From assembly GCA_013265495.1 (NCBI GenBank), contig MU058714.1, positions 372,001 through 436,000 of the forward strand: 64,000 nucleotides of DNA, read 5' to 3'. Positions 13,189 through 25,764 of this stretch are shown one piece after another. The notes under the pieces are model-generated. The model made no database searches and was not told where the DNA came from. It saw only the letters and a program-made list of their open reading frames with translations. A program made the translations under genes and the position numbers. This DNA comes from Vicugna vicugna. Taxonomy: Eukaryota. Within the stretch, counting starts at the first letter, position 1. Every line of letters begins with the position of its first letter.

Positions 13189-15619
13189 GGTCATGGGGGC
13201 ACCAGGCAGTGGTGTTTATCCAGGAGCTGGTGTCACTTTTGGCATCTCTCCTAAATTTAACCTGATGATGAAAGTTATGAGAGAGGGAGAGAGAAAACAA
13301 AATACTTCACAGGCTATGACAAAAGCCATCTCTTTTGTAAGTGAGAGAAGAGTAAAGGACAAAGACCGAATCCAGCCACTACAGACTATTGTTCAGACTT
13401 GCAAAGAGAAAGAGAGGTGCTTCCCCCACCTCCCAACCCTATGAGCAGGTGGGAAATCATGCTGACCTGGGTGGGGAGCTGGGGACAGACCTTGAGACAG
13501 TCTCTGCCTGGAACAGAAAGGGGTGAGCATGATCCCCTGAATTTTTACTCTTTCCTGAGGCTGGACTGGGGGACTTGGGGAGAAAAGGAGCAGCAGTGAC
13601 TTGTAACCTGGTAAACATAGCTCATTCATTCAGTAAATATTTATCCAGGCCTTCCAGACACTGGGCTGGGGGAATGATGGTGACAAAGGCACCGTCCCTA
13701 CTAGTGAGAGATGAAAGGTTCAGCAGGTGAGGGAGGCCAGGCAGAAGTGGCAGAAACACAGGGATCCCTGCAGGATGTGACGGAGCACGTGGCCGCGGCC
13801 TGGAATTCCGGACACGTTCTTGGCCAGCCGGTGGAGGCTCCTCACCGTAACCGGGGATTGGAAAGCAGGAGGAGGCGTCTTCCTCATCTGAGTTAATTTC
13901 TGGGCGGCTGCATGGTTGCAGGGCTAGTAGAGAGATGAGAATCGCCTCGTGGCTGAAGAGGGTTCTGCGTTCCCGGTTTAGTGCTGGGTGGAGAAAGGCA
14001 AGAGGGTCTCTTGCATCGTGGGCTTCCGAAGGTCAAGGGAGGGAGCTGGTCAGCTCTGTGTTTGGGGCAGAGAGGAGTGAGCAGCCCACGCCTGCCAAGT
14101 CTGCGAGGTGCTTCAGGACGGGCCCCTCCTGAAAGCATTATTTATAGATCTGACCATGTGCCCACTCTTACCCTGAGGATGGGAAATTGGGACTCCAGGT
14201 CGCAAGTTGGTCTCTTCCTTTGTCAGCAATCCATTCAACGTGGCAGTCCCCACACCCTTCGCACAAGGCACGGACGACACAAAGAGATGGCTTGCCTGCA
14301 AGAGACCCAGCTGGTCCAGACTTGGAGGCACATTTCATTTCTCCAGCCAGCTGGGGAGGCAGTTGGAACAGACCAGGAGATCGCCTCTAATGTTTAAATG
14401 TCAATGTGGTCCCTACGTGCTGACTTGCCAAGATTTGATCGGCTAAATTGGCCTGTGTGGGACATTCCCTGCAATGCACAGTGTGTATCTAGATCTTTCA
14501 ACAGTGTCGCAAGGGAAGCTAGACAGCAGTAAACAAATTTCAGTGGAGGTGGTTCTGAAGTGGTTCTCCTCTCCCTCTGAGCTACTTCCTGTCTCACTGG
14601 GGCTTGCGTTTCAATAGGGTTCTCTCATTGGGCCCTAATTAGATTGAGGAAGGGACCAGCTCCACTTGGAATGCTGCAGTGACCTCTGCAAGCTTCTTGG
14701 TGTGCTGTGTTCTGTGTAATGCCAGCTTTCTAGGGGGACAAAGGTCAGGCTTAGTTTGGGGTCTTCCCAGTGTTTCCAGAGTCCCATATGTGCCACGGAA
14801 GAAATCAAATCATGAGCTAAACTAGCCTAAACTCTAGAGGTTTTCCTTCATTCACTTACTTTTTCACTCATAACTTAGCTAGGCAGGCAACGTCTATTGC
14901 CTGTTTTCATTTGGCCGTGACTCTCTCCCATTACTGGGAGGCAAGTCAGAGAACTGACAGGCTTGATTCTTTTCTAGAAGTTTCTGCAGTCAAGATGGGA
15001 ATCCCCAGGTCAAAACGAAGAGGGCGATTTGGGGTCTAGGGGTGCTTTACTTTGAAAATCTCTTCATGAAAAACGTGAATGAGTGTTTCTGGGACCCACG
15101 TAGTCTCTGGGAGCTGGACCCAGCCTTGCGCGTCAGCCCACCTCTTTTCGCCGAGCTCCCGGCTTGCGAGGTCTGAGCGCAGAGGCCAGGAGACCTGAGC
15201 TCCAGCCCTGCGCCCAGCTCAGAGCGCAGAATGAAACCCAGTCACACACACACCCAGAAACCCAAAAACAAAACAACCAAATGACGACAAAATAACTCAC
15301 CCCTTCCAATTTACCCTCCCCCAGACGCAAGAAAAATGAGCAGGTGGCTGGATTAATTACCAAATGACCAAGCAGGAATGTGTGGGCTGTGCTTAGGCCT
15401 GAGACAGTCATAGTGACAATAGAAAATTCTCCCTGTGCCTTCTGGGCTACCACCACCCTGGGGCATCCTTAAGCCTATATCCAAGAAAACCTTACCAGGA
15501 ACCGTCACCTCCAGTTTCACCAGTGAGGAGACTGAGGCTCAGAGAGGCTCAGGGACTTTCCTCACCGCCTCCCCCCACCCCCTTCCTTTCTCTCTTCCTT
15601 GGACAACTAGCTCTGGTGC

Positions 15620-15890
15620 ACCTGCCACGTTCGAGGACCTGAGAATGGAGCAATGAGTAAGACGCGGATTTGTTGTCATGGCGCTTTCACTCTGTGGGGG
15701 AAGCCGGGAAGCAGACAAGCAAACAAATCAAAATTTCAGCTAAGGACTCCAGTTCCCAAAAAGAAAAACAGGGTAATAAACGGAGTCATTGGTCAAGGAA
15801 GGCTTCTCTCCAGAGGTGGCACTTAAGAGACCTAAACTGTAAGAATGAACCAGCCTTGGGGCGCTCTGGGGGACAGAGCCGCCGGTCCCA
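15620..15890 (-). mobile_element. L2 fragment
   Basis: ggtcaaggaaggcttctctccagaggtggcacttaagagacct. Confidence 0.5.
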
Positions 15891-16267
15891 GGGTACAGAA
15901 CTGGTGAGTGCGGAGCGGCTGGCACAGCGGGCCTGCCCTCTGCCTGATCCTCCCTCTTTCTGCCACATCCTGCTTCCTCCCGAGGCCAGAGTGAGGCTGG
16001 GCTCTGCTGTGCGGTGTCAGTGGCCCGGGCTGAGCTGGGTGTGGGGCTTGGTGACTGTGGGCCCACCCTCCTGGACCCCTACTCATTTGGGTCGAGGTCA
16101 CGGGGTGGAGAGTTGGAAAAGAGCCCTTGAGGTCAGCGGTGAGGGGCGGTCCAGCTGCCCGGGTGTTCTCAGCTGCTGGAGAGCTGGGTCCCAGCCTCGC
16201 CCCACCTCGAGGCCGGTGCCAGGCAGCACCTGTCCCCAGCCCTGACAGGGAGGCTCCAAGGACCTCT

Positions 16268-16397
16268 TTTTAAGTCTCAACCCAGCATTTTGGCCAACTT
16301 ACGGAAAAATTGCGAGAATAGTAAAGGAACCTCCATTTATTCTTTCTCCAGATTCACCAATTATTTACAGTTTGCCCCATTTGTCTTATTATTCTCC

Positions 16398-16432
<35 letters not shown>

Positions 16433-16940
16433 CACACATATATATTTCCCTCCATATTTTTTTCTGAGCTATTTGAAAGTAAGCTGGAGGCCTCGTGTCC
16501 TTTTATGCCTAAATACTTTAGAATAATGTGTTTTTCCTTAGAGCAAGGACACTCTCATAGGTAACTACTGTATGATTATCAAAATCAGGACGTTTACCTT
16601 GGACCCAATACTATTGTCTAACCCACAGTCTGTATAAAAATTTTGTTGATTTTTCTCACTGATGCTCCTTAGAGCCAGGTTTTTTGTTTTTTATGTTCTA
16701 TTTTGCTTTCAGTTTTCCAAAAGCCAAACCAGGACTGTGAATTGCATTCGGTGTCATGTCTTTTTAGCCTCCTTTAAGCGGGGACAGGGCCTCCGTTCTC
16801 TCTGGGTTCCTCAGCCTTGGCATCTCAAAGAGCATGTGTCTGGTACTTCTGCATGGTTGGATTCAGGCGCTGCATTTGTGGCAGGAATGCCCCGGAGTGA
16901 TGCCACGCTCTTCTCGGTGCTTCATGTCAGGAGGCACAAG
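16268..16940 (-). mobile_element. Ancient L1M (L1MC/ME-like) 3' fragment with an internal (CT)n(TA)n microsatellite
   Basis: gaaaaattgcgagaatagtaaagg...agattcaccaatt...tttgccccatttg...ttgcattcggtgtcatgtctttttag. Confidence 0.6.
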
Positions 16941-18499
16941 TCGGTTTGTCCCCGGCTTGTCCAACCCAGTATTTTTGAATCAGTTTCTCCCAGTCTTATT
17001 TTGGCTCTTGTCTCTCTCTCTCCTTATCTGTGTGGGTGTCTCTCCTCCTCTGCTCTCTGTCTCCCTCCCTCTTTCTGCTGTGGTCGTTCTTCATTTCTTT
17101 GTCCTGGTCCTTTTGTCTGTGCCTGTCTCTCTCTTTTATCTCTGGTCCTCTCTGGTTTCTTTTCTCCCTGCTGCCTCCTCCTCCCTTAATTTTGGTCCCA
17201 TGTCACCATTCTCTCCCCAGAGAACTGAAACGTATGCAGGACCCCTTAGGCCTGCCACCAGGCTGACCCACAGCTGAAGGCTGGTTGCTTTCCTTTTAGG
17301 AACGAACGAGAAGCTAGACTGTCCAAGCATCGTATTCTACCCAGGTGGCACCTCATTGTCCTGGAACTCATCTCTGGGCCAGGAGAAAGGGAAGGCTCCA
17401 GAGGAAGAGAGATCCTGCTGGAAAGTCTCTCTCCTCACTGTCCAGCTCCCTTCTGCCCACCCGTAGGTCCTCTCCCATGAGACAGTGCACAGACCCCAAA
17501 CTGCCCTCTAGACCCAGAGCTGAGGCTCACTGTGGTTTGGCCAGGCTGAGCAAGTGCCATCTTTCTGCCAAAGCAGAGCCAACTCAAACTTCTGAGGTTA
17601 GCAGGTTTCTTGCCACCTCAGAGAGCTTGCCACCACAACAGCCTTCGTCCCCACTTGGTGGTCACTGGGTTGGAAGAAGCCCAGACGCTCCCCTCTTCTC
17701 TCTGGGTTAGGCCCCAAACCACAGCTGGAGAACAGAAGCCAGGCCGTGGCGCTCAACAGCAGCCCGCGGCCTGTCCCTCACAGCTGCGGCGCCGAATTTT
17801 GAATTGTGTTATCATCATTCCTGCTGATAAATCCAGCTTTACGGTGGCTGAATCGGTGAGCACTGCTCCTTGCTGGGACACACAGACCCACCTGGAGGTA
17901 GAGGACAATCTATAACTCACCTTGGTGTCGGCTTTGGTCTTTGAGGGGCCCAGCTTCTCCGTCTGCAGAGTGAGGGACTTGGAGCAGGGACTGCCGGGCC
18001 CCTCTCCGCTCTGAGCTTCCAGGAGCCCATGGCCCCAGCACCAATGGGCCAATCTGTTCCTCTCTGGAGGCCAGGTGTCCCCGTCCACCCGCCGTGGAGC
18101 TGACCCTGCTCTGGCCCTGTTCACTGCCAGGATGGTTACTCCAGGTGTTGCCATGTGTTTCTCTCCTGGACCAGCCCCAGGGACTTTCTGCCCTGGCGTC
18201 TCCCCCTCAGACATTAGTTTTCATCCTAGTCTGTGGAACTCGGCTTCACTAAGGATCAGCATGAAGCAAAAGACGAAGGGAGGAAGCGTGACTGGCTGCC
18301 CCGCCGCCCTGTCTAGTTCTTCCTGTCGGATCAGAGCTGGGGAGCGCCCTCTCCACCCTCCAGCCCTCGGCAGCTGCAGCATTGCCAGGCTCAGGTCAGG
18401 GAGCAGCGAAGAGGCTGGCGCCAACCTTGTCTGTGCCTCTTTGGGGGTCACAGGCCCAAGGGACATCAGAGCCACCAGGACCCTCGGCGCTCAGAGGCC

Positions 18500-18630
18500 A
18501 CCCAACTCTCTCATTTTGCAGATGAGAAACCAGAGGCCCAGGAAGGGGCGGTAATGGCAGGGCAGTGGCAGAGCTGGGACCAAATCCCAAGGCTCATGAC
18601 TTCCACCTCAGTGCTCCTTCTGCCATTACC
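18500..18630 (-). mobile_element. MIR core fragment
   Basis: ctcattttgcagatgagaaaccagaggcccag...gtggcagagctggga. Confidence 0.6.
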
Positions 18631-19921
18631 CCTGGATGTCTGAGCTGCCGGCTCAATAACTCTCCCATCCCAGACCTGTTGGCAGGCGAGAGGAGTAAGT
18701 CATGTGAGTCAAAAGCAATTTGCAACATAAATAATTTTCAATGCCAGGAGAGGAGACGGTGGGAAGACGCATTGAAGGCTGAGAGGAGCCGGGCCAGTCC
18801 TTAGCCTCCATCGCCCTGCCCCGTGCTTCCTCTCCCGGCTCAGCCCTGGTGGGAGAGTCGGGGAGCAGGAAAACCAAAGCAGGAAATGGCCATAAGGATG
18901 CTCGCTTCCGTTGCTCATAGGGGAGGTTCTGCTTGCCAGGCTCTTCTCTCCCCGCCCCCCCGACATTCACATGATTTTGTAATCCCACCTCCTTTAGAGA
19001 GTCAGAGGGAAATAGATGGTCCCCTGCTTGCATCTGGAATAGCCCAGGCCTCCTCCAGCAGGGCTGTATTCCTCCTTGTCCTCCACCCCCAACAGCACGA
19101 CTTCAACAAAGAATGGAAGACATGCCATTATGCTGTAACATTACTACAACCTCAGCGTTACATGACAAAGGGGCTGAGCATGACAGTCCCTTTGCTCAGT
19201 TTGGATGCAGCTTTACAGAAGTGACCATCCAAGACCATTCTTTGATTCTGTGATCAGCATTTGCTCGTCTCCCCAAGGTGTGATGGCTTATATTGCCCTG
19301 ACAGCCAGCGAAGCTCCTTGTAAGAGGTTCTGGAGGATGGTGGCGGGCGTGGGGGAAGAGCCCGTGTCATTTTGAAGGGCTGAAAGCATGAAGCACACCT
19401 TTCCTAAGCCCACCCCAAGGGGCTGTAGAAAGCAGAGAGAAACAATGAGAAACCAGACACCATGGAATTAGTGAAGAATTCCTCGGATGAAACAGGAAAG
19501 GGAGGAAACGCAGGGAGGTGTACATTACACCTGGCGCAGGTTGAAAGGACTCAGGGCCAGTTGTTGGCAATATTAAACTGTAGGGTGTGTTTGAAAGGAT
19601 CTTCACTTGAGCAGCAAGTGGAAGGCACTCCTGCCAGTACGGGATGTGCTGCCGCCACCCTCCTCCAGCCCTAAATGCACGTGCACACGCACACTCGCTT
19701 GAATGCACGTGTGCCATGGACATCCTTTGGCAACACCAGCTCTCTGCCCCTGCCTAGATTTGAGAACTTGCAGATAATTGGTTAAGCAAAATAACAATTA
19801 CAGGCAACATTTGGTGAGTTCTTACTATGTGTCAGGTAAGAATCCACACAGATTACGCGGAGACCGCATACAGATATAAAAGAGGGGGTGTGTGCTGTGT
19901 CTTCTGCTTGTCCTTAATAGA

Positions 19922-19977
19922 GTGTGTGTGTGTGTGTGTGTGTGTGCGTGTGTGCGTGTGCGTGTGTGTGTGTGTGT
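19922..19977 (+). repeat. (TG)n microsatellite with CG interruptions
   Basis: Direct inspection. Confidence 0.95.
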
Positions 19978-20463
19978 CTGTATGTTTTGGAGTCACAGAC
20001 CCATGTCTCTACTGTTCCGAACTTCACGTTAAAACTGATACATAAGGATGAGGAGGTTGCTGTGCTGTCGGGAACCTCATAACATGTGCCAGTAGCTAAA
20101 CACGGAAATTAAACCATGAGTCTTCCTGGAACTGACTCTGGGATTATCCTTAGGGTCTGTTTCCCTAAATTCAATTACCACGTAATTACCTAGAGTCTCC
20201 TGAAACTCACATAGATGGATCAGGTGACGGGTGAAGGGGCAGAAGGACCCCAGAGCAGCCGAGTGCCCGAGTGTCTGACATCCACTGGTGGCAGGGCAAA
20301 AAGAAGCGGCCTGAGTGTGGGCCTCTGAGGTGCAGCTTCCGTGGCCATGGGAATTGAGCCCCTGGGGGCAGCTCAGGGGTAGCGTGGGGGAGCTTTCTTG
20401 TGAATCCTGTCAATGGCTTTTAGTGCAGAAATCAGCATCATTGTCCAAAAGCCCCCATCCCCT

Positions 20464-20495
<32 letters not shown>

Positions 20496-20513
20496 ACACA
20501 CACACACACACAC
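20464..20513 (+). repeat. (CA)n microsatellite
   Basis: Direct inspection. Confidence 0.95.
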
Positions 20514-20764
20514 GATTCTGTACACGTGCACATCAAGACCTCTGCTTCCAAGCTGTTTATCTGGAAACTGTGTGCAAGCTATGAGAGCCCATGAAATACA
20601 CAACACACACCCCCTGCCTTCCAGGCACTCGAGTTTTGGGGGGCGAGGGCAGGAAATACTTCAGGAGTTCAGGCACAGCTGGCCCTGGTAAAGGCTGGAA
20701 TAATCTAGAACAACCTCAGGGAGGGGATGGAACCTGAGCTGGCCTTTGAAGGACATGCAGAATC

Positions 20765-21000
20765 CTGAAAGCTGGGAGCATGGCCCCTGGAGACAGACAA
20801 GGCTAGCTCAGAACCCCTGTCTGTTCCCCTGTTTACTGATGTTTGACCTTGGATGGGTTACTCTAAGCCTTCATTTTATCATTTGTGAGATAGGGACAGG
20901 AACAGCACCTACTGCATGGAGACAGAGAGAATTAAATGAGATGACGCCCTGATGTGCCCCACAGGTAGTGGGCACTCAACCCATGTTAGCTGTTAGCAGT
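20765..21000 (+). mobile_element. MIR SINE
   Basis: tgtttgaccttggatgggttactctaagccttcattttatcatttgtgagataggg...gagaattaaatgagat. Confidence 0.7.
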
Positions 21001-22033
21001 AACTACAAGGGGGAGAGGAGGAGGAGGGTGCAGGGGGTGGGGGTGGGGTTCTAAACTACGGCTGCAGGAAATGGACACTTGCATCCCAGAATATCCACCT
21101 TCAGTATTATTTCCTCTTCAGTCTTCACCTTCTCAGATGAGCAGCAAACATAACGTGGAACCATGGGAGAAACTCAGTTAAAATAGCACGACGATTTGGT
21201 TCTGTCCAAGTGCAAGTTTAGCTCCTAGCTCTCTCCTGTCCCAGTGTCATCCTGTCCCAGGATCAAGCTGAAGAGGCTGAGGCTGAGGTCCCAGATCAAC
21301 TGGGTAATCCACCAAATGGATAGTGAGGACCGAAGGCAGGGTGGAGCCCGCTGGGTTATGGAGACGGAGGGGTTGGGGAGGGAGACCCAGCATTCAGTTC
21401 AGAGGTAAACATCACTGGATGTCTGTCCCTCGGTTGAGCTGAGCCTCTGGGCCAGAGTTGTTAGAAGGCATTTGGATCTGACGTGGGATGTTTAATGTTC
21501 CCTGGTAAAAAAAAAATAACCCATGTGTTTACTTAGGGGGTTTTCCAGAAGCACTCAAGGCTCTTTCCCGACCCAGTTCATCTTCACTGTCAGGGATTGT
21601 CTTTGAAGGTGCTAAGGAAACTGAGGTTCAGGAAGAGAAGGGTTTCTGGTGAGGGAAGTGGGCACTACAGCCGGAGCTCTTCTGCCTTCCTTGTATGTTC
21701 TAGACTTTGCTGTGGTGGTGGGGAGGGCAGGAGTGGGGAGGAGCCTCAACTCAGGAGCCCAAGGTAGGCCAACAGATGGGGGGACTAATTCTGGTCTTTC
21801 ATCACCCCTTTATCGAGGTCTTGTCACATGTCACTCCACCCCCACCTTAAATCACAAGCAAAGGCCCCCTGGCATCCAGCAGCCATTCTGTGCCATGCCA
21901 CCATACTCAATATCACTATGATCACTGCCCTTACAGGATCCATGGGGCTCAGTTCTCTGCACCTTCTCTCTTCTATGGGACTGAAACTTCCCTGAGGGCA
22001 GAGGCTGCCCAAGTGGACTATTCAGGATCAAAA

Positions 22034-22228
22034 TAGAGTTTCCAGATAAAATCCAGGATGCCCTGTTAAATCTGAATTCATACAAAGAATGAATTTTATT
22101 TTATTTTTTAGGATTAGTTTGTATCTCAAGTATTTCATGAGACATACTGAAAAATTGTGCATTGTCCATCTGAAATTTAAATTTAACTGGGCATCCTTGA
22201 TTTTTATGTGTTCAATCTGGCAACCCTA
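22034..22228. mobile_element. MER53-like palindromic hAT MITE
   Basis: Terminal inverted repeats tagagtttccagata / atctggcaacccta and internal inverted arms (caggatgccctgttaaatctgaattca / tgaaatttaaatttaactgggcatcct). Confidence 0.8.
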
Positions 22229-23849
22229 GCTCCAAAGCACCCTGGTGGGAGCCAAGGATGGCGCAAACACTGTAGGGCTGAACTTGGCTCTTGTGAAAAT
22301 GAATTGGGGGAGGAGGTACAGGGAGACCAAAGCTGGAGTCTGGGACCTGGCTGGTGCAGGAGGGACAAGCCTCTGAAAGATAAATGGATACACAAGTGCC
22401 TCCCTTCGAGATGAATCAGCCCCAGCCTCTATACTCATGGCTTAGCCTCATTAGAAAGGTTCATTTGGAGAAAAATCAGAGAAGTCTGGGTCTCCTAGTA
22501 TGCAGGGTTAAGATCCTAGCTTCCTGCTTTCTTTCTCTCCCCTAAACTTGGGCTCAGAGAGAGGGTTTCAGACCCTTTGCCTGTGAAGTGTGGGGCTTCG
22601 ACAGACACCTTGATCCCATGTTAGGAAGAAGCAGTCTGCACCCACAAGACCTGGGGCTGCTGGACTCTCCTCCCCTGTCCCAATGTCAGGGCCCCTGGCC
22701 TCCTTTGGCTGTCCCTGAGCTTTGGACACATCTGCATCTGAGAGGTTGGTGTGGGACAAGTGGTTGTGGGGTACCTCTCTGCAGGATGATAGCAGACCAC
22801 CTGGTTAATTCTAGAATCAGCACAGAGCTGGGCAGTGGTCACGTGACCTGGACAGGCTGTTCTGCCATCAGAACCTCGGGTTCTCATCCCACAGGGAACC
22901 TCAACCCCTGTGGGGTCTGAACGGAACGAGAAGCTCAGGGGGCCCCTGGCACGTCTGAGGAGCCCAGCTAACAAGAGTTCTGTTCCTCCTGGGCCAGAAG
23001 GGGCCTTGGACACTTTTGAGTCTGATGCCAGGTGGGCGTCTTTGCAGCTCCTCCCCACCTACCCACCAGCCTCTGCCCCACTGCCGACCTTCTGACCTCA
23101 AGTTCCAGGCTCTTCCTTGGACCATTCTCCTTGAAGACCCACTCCAGGAGGCCCACCACCAGGCCCAGTTTTCAAGGCCTCAAGTCACCTGAAGGCCATA
23201 CCTTTCTGCAAGTGGTAGCAGATCAGTTTTCCTCCCTGCCCACCAACAGAGCCCCAGGCTCAGCCTGGCAGAGGCCACCCACTGGGCAAAAGGGGCACTC
23301 CAGGGGCTAAGTCTCAGTCCCAAGTCACCAACTGTGCAGACCTGAGAGCTCCCCTTCCCACCCCTGAGTTTTTAGTTCTCCTCCACCAGAAAAGCAGGGA
23401 GACAAAATCCACGCCTGGCATGTGCCTTTGTGTACCAGCCAGTGAAGGACAGGCCCAATTCTAGTGCTGAGCAGGCAGTTTGCCAGGAGCAGTCAAGATC
23501 ACCCCTCCCTCCACTCCCAGGGTGGCAAAGGGCATTCATTACATAGAGGGGGGAGGGGGAGTGTTTAACTCACTCTAAAGGGGGCTGGGGTGATGAGGGT
23601 AGTGGGAGGGACAATTCACAAAAGCCAGGGCTAGAAACTCCCAACGGTTTTTTTTAGACCTTCCCTCTCCTCCCTCCCCTCCCCCCCGCTGCCCTCCCCT
23701 CCCCCACTTCCAGCCGCTGGTGGCCTGCAGCCAACACTGGCCACACTGTCCGCATTCAGGCCTCCCGCCCTCCTGGCCCTCTATCTCTTCGCCTGGCCTT
23801 CTCAACACTGCGCTCCCTCGCCACTTCTCCCCCCCCCCACCTTCCCTCC

Positions 23850-24960
23850 ATTATGAACCGCGTTGACCTCTAGAGTTCCGACGCCCTGCACAAGCTCGAT
23901 CCCTCAGGCCCAGACGGGAAGGCAAGAGGCTTGGCAGCCGGGAGCAGCCCCGCGCCTACCAGGCCCTCCGTCCCGTGGCCCCTGGCCGTGCTCGGCCACC
24001 CCAGCCAGGAGGAAGATCGCTGCGTCTGCAGATAGCTGGCCACGGCCACTGCACACCCCGGTGGCGGCTTGCCGGCCCTGGGGAGCAACACCTCGGAGTT
24101 CGGCCCACTCCCTTCACCCCTTCGGGGCCCTTAACTCCTTCCTGCCCGGCGAAACCAAGGGGCCCAGCTTTGCCACCCAAAGCAGGATGGGTGAGATGGG
24201 GGTCCCACATTTCCCGGCTCATTAAGGAAGTGGGGGCAGGCAGGCCTTGCTCGCCAGGCCTGTTCCCCCTCCCACTCCCCATCCACCACGCAGGAAGCCA
24301 CCCCCTACCCCCGCCCCCTGCCCGGGCCGCGCTCGCGGCGCCTCCAGTCGGAGCCTCTGGCCTGGTGGTTTCCGGGGAGAGAGCCTGGCAGAGAAAGAGC
24401 CTCAGCAGCTTCCTCGGTGGGGCGGGGCCAGCGATGCCAACAAGGGACGCTGGAGAGGGTGGGAAGGTCCCTTCCCTGCTGAACCTGCCCTACCGGGCAG
24501 GGGTTATTAGGAAGGAATACCTCTGCCCCACCAGGGCCAGCGCCTAGGTGTGTTGCGCCCCGGGGGGTTGGGGGCGAAGACCAGCAGGTGCGGGGCGGGC
24601 GCGGCCCAGGGGGCTAGCCCCACCCACGTCTCCGCGCCGCTCGCTCCCCCGGGCACCCCTCCCCTTCAGGTCCCGGGCTTGCCATTGCGGTGGGCACCGA
24701 AGGCCTGAAAGCCCTGGGGGCGGGAGCGACGCCTGCACACACCCCCCGCAGGAATTCCCCTCTCCTTTGGAGAGCCTCTCGACTTCCGGGGAGCGGGGTC
24801 ACTCGCCGGGTGCGGGCGCCTCTGCCCGCGAAACCAGTCCCCTGTGCTTTTGCAAAGGTTTAGCTCAAGGCATGATCTGTTCTCCTCTCACCTCCACCCC
24901 CATCTAAGGCGGAAGTGGGGTGCGGAGAGGCGTCCAGTCGCCTCCCGAGCCTCCGAAGTT
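23850..24960. promoter_or_regulatory. CpG island immediately downstream of the CBX4 3' end
   Basis: CpG-rich with GC boxes, abuts the poly(A) region. Confidence 0.6.
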
Positions 24961-24989
24961 CCCTCTGCGCTAATCTCCAACAGCGAAAG

Positions 24990-25764
24990 TGCACCTTCAA
25001 CATCTCCATTTAATATTTACATTCAAGCAGGTAATAATTGGAAGCTTATAGTTTAGACATTTCTAGTAGCAGCAGTTTCTAGAGAGCTCGTTTAGCCTTT
25101 TAACAAACTTTTTTTTTGCACATAGAAACAACACATCCATGTGTACAGTATCAAAAAATATATACCAAGGTTACTGGTATTACAGTTCCTGGAAGGGGAG
25201 GAAATGAAATCAACTGAAATACTGAATGAATGGGTAGAAAGGTCAACAGAAAATAAGTTTGTCTGATATAGAATATAACATGATCTAGAGGAAACTCCAT
25301 AAATCTAGGTTTTTATATTTCAATATATAAATACCTACAAATAAATATATATATATCAGCCCGAAGGGGGTGGTGGGCCTTTTGAGCTCAAACAATACAT
25401 TTCAATAACACCACGTACAAACGGGAGTAAAGTCTGCACTTGACAAGTTAGCACGGTTAAAATATAATACTATAACTCTGAGACCACCGAGTGTGGTTGC
25501 CCTGTCAGTCCCGGAGGTCCACGAGAGAGGGGATGGGGCAGGTGGGGGGCGAGACCCGCAGGCACAGCGTGGAAGGCGCCAGTGCGGGCCCGGCGCCCCG
25601 GCCAGGACCCTACAGCGGGACGCAGAAGGACGCGGTTGCTGCGGCTTCGGGCATTTCGTGCTGGGGCCGGCCGGATCTCCCGCAGTTGGAGAGGGAGGAG
25701 TCCACCCCCAGGCCCCGGGTGCTAAGCTCCCAGGGACAGTGCTTCCCCTTCCGACGCCCTCCGG
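24990..25764 (-). other. CBX4: CBX4 3'UTR (3' end approximate)
   Basis: Follows the TAG stop. AU-rich distal half with miRNA seed matches. ATTAAA hexamer at 25009-25014. Confidence 0.8.
25009..25014 (-). terminator. Putative CBX4 polyadenylation signal (ATTAAA)
   Basis: tttaat on the + strand, at the boundary between the AT-rich UTR and a GC-rich downstream island. Confidence 0.7.

Noticed and set aside
22034..22228. miR-1302-like pre-miRNA from the MER53 hairpin
   Set aside because: The region matching the mature miRNA is degenerate or partly deleted in both copies. The hairpin is explained by the MITE structure.
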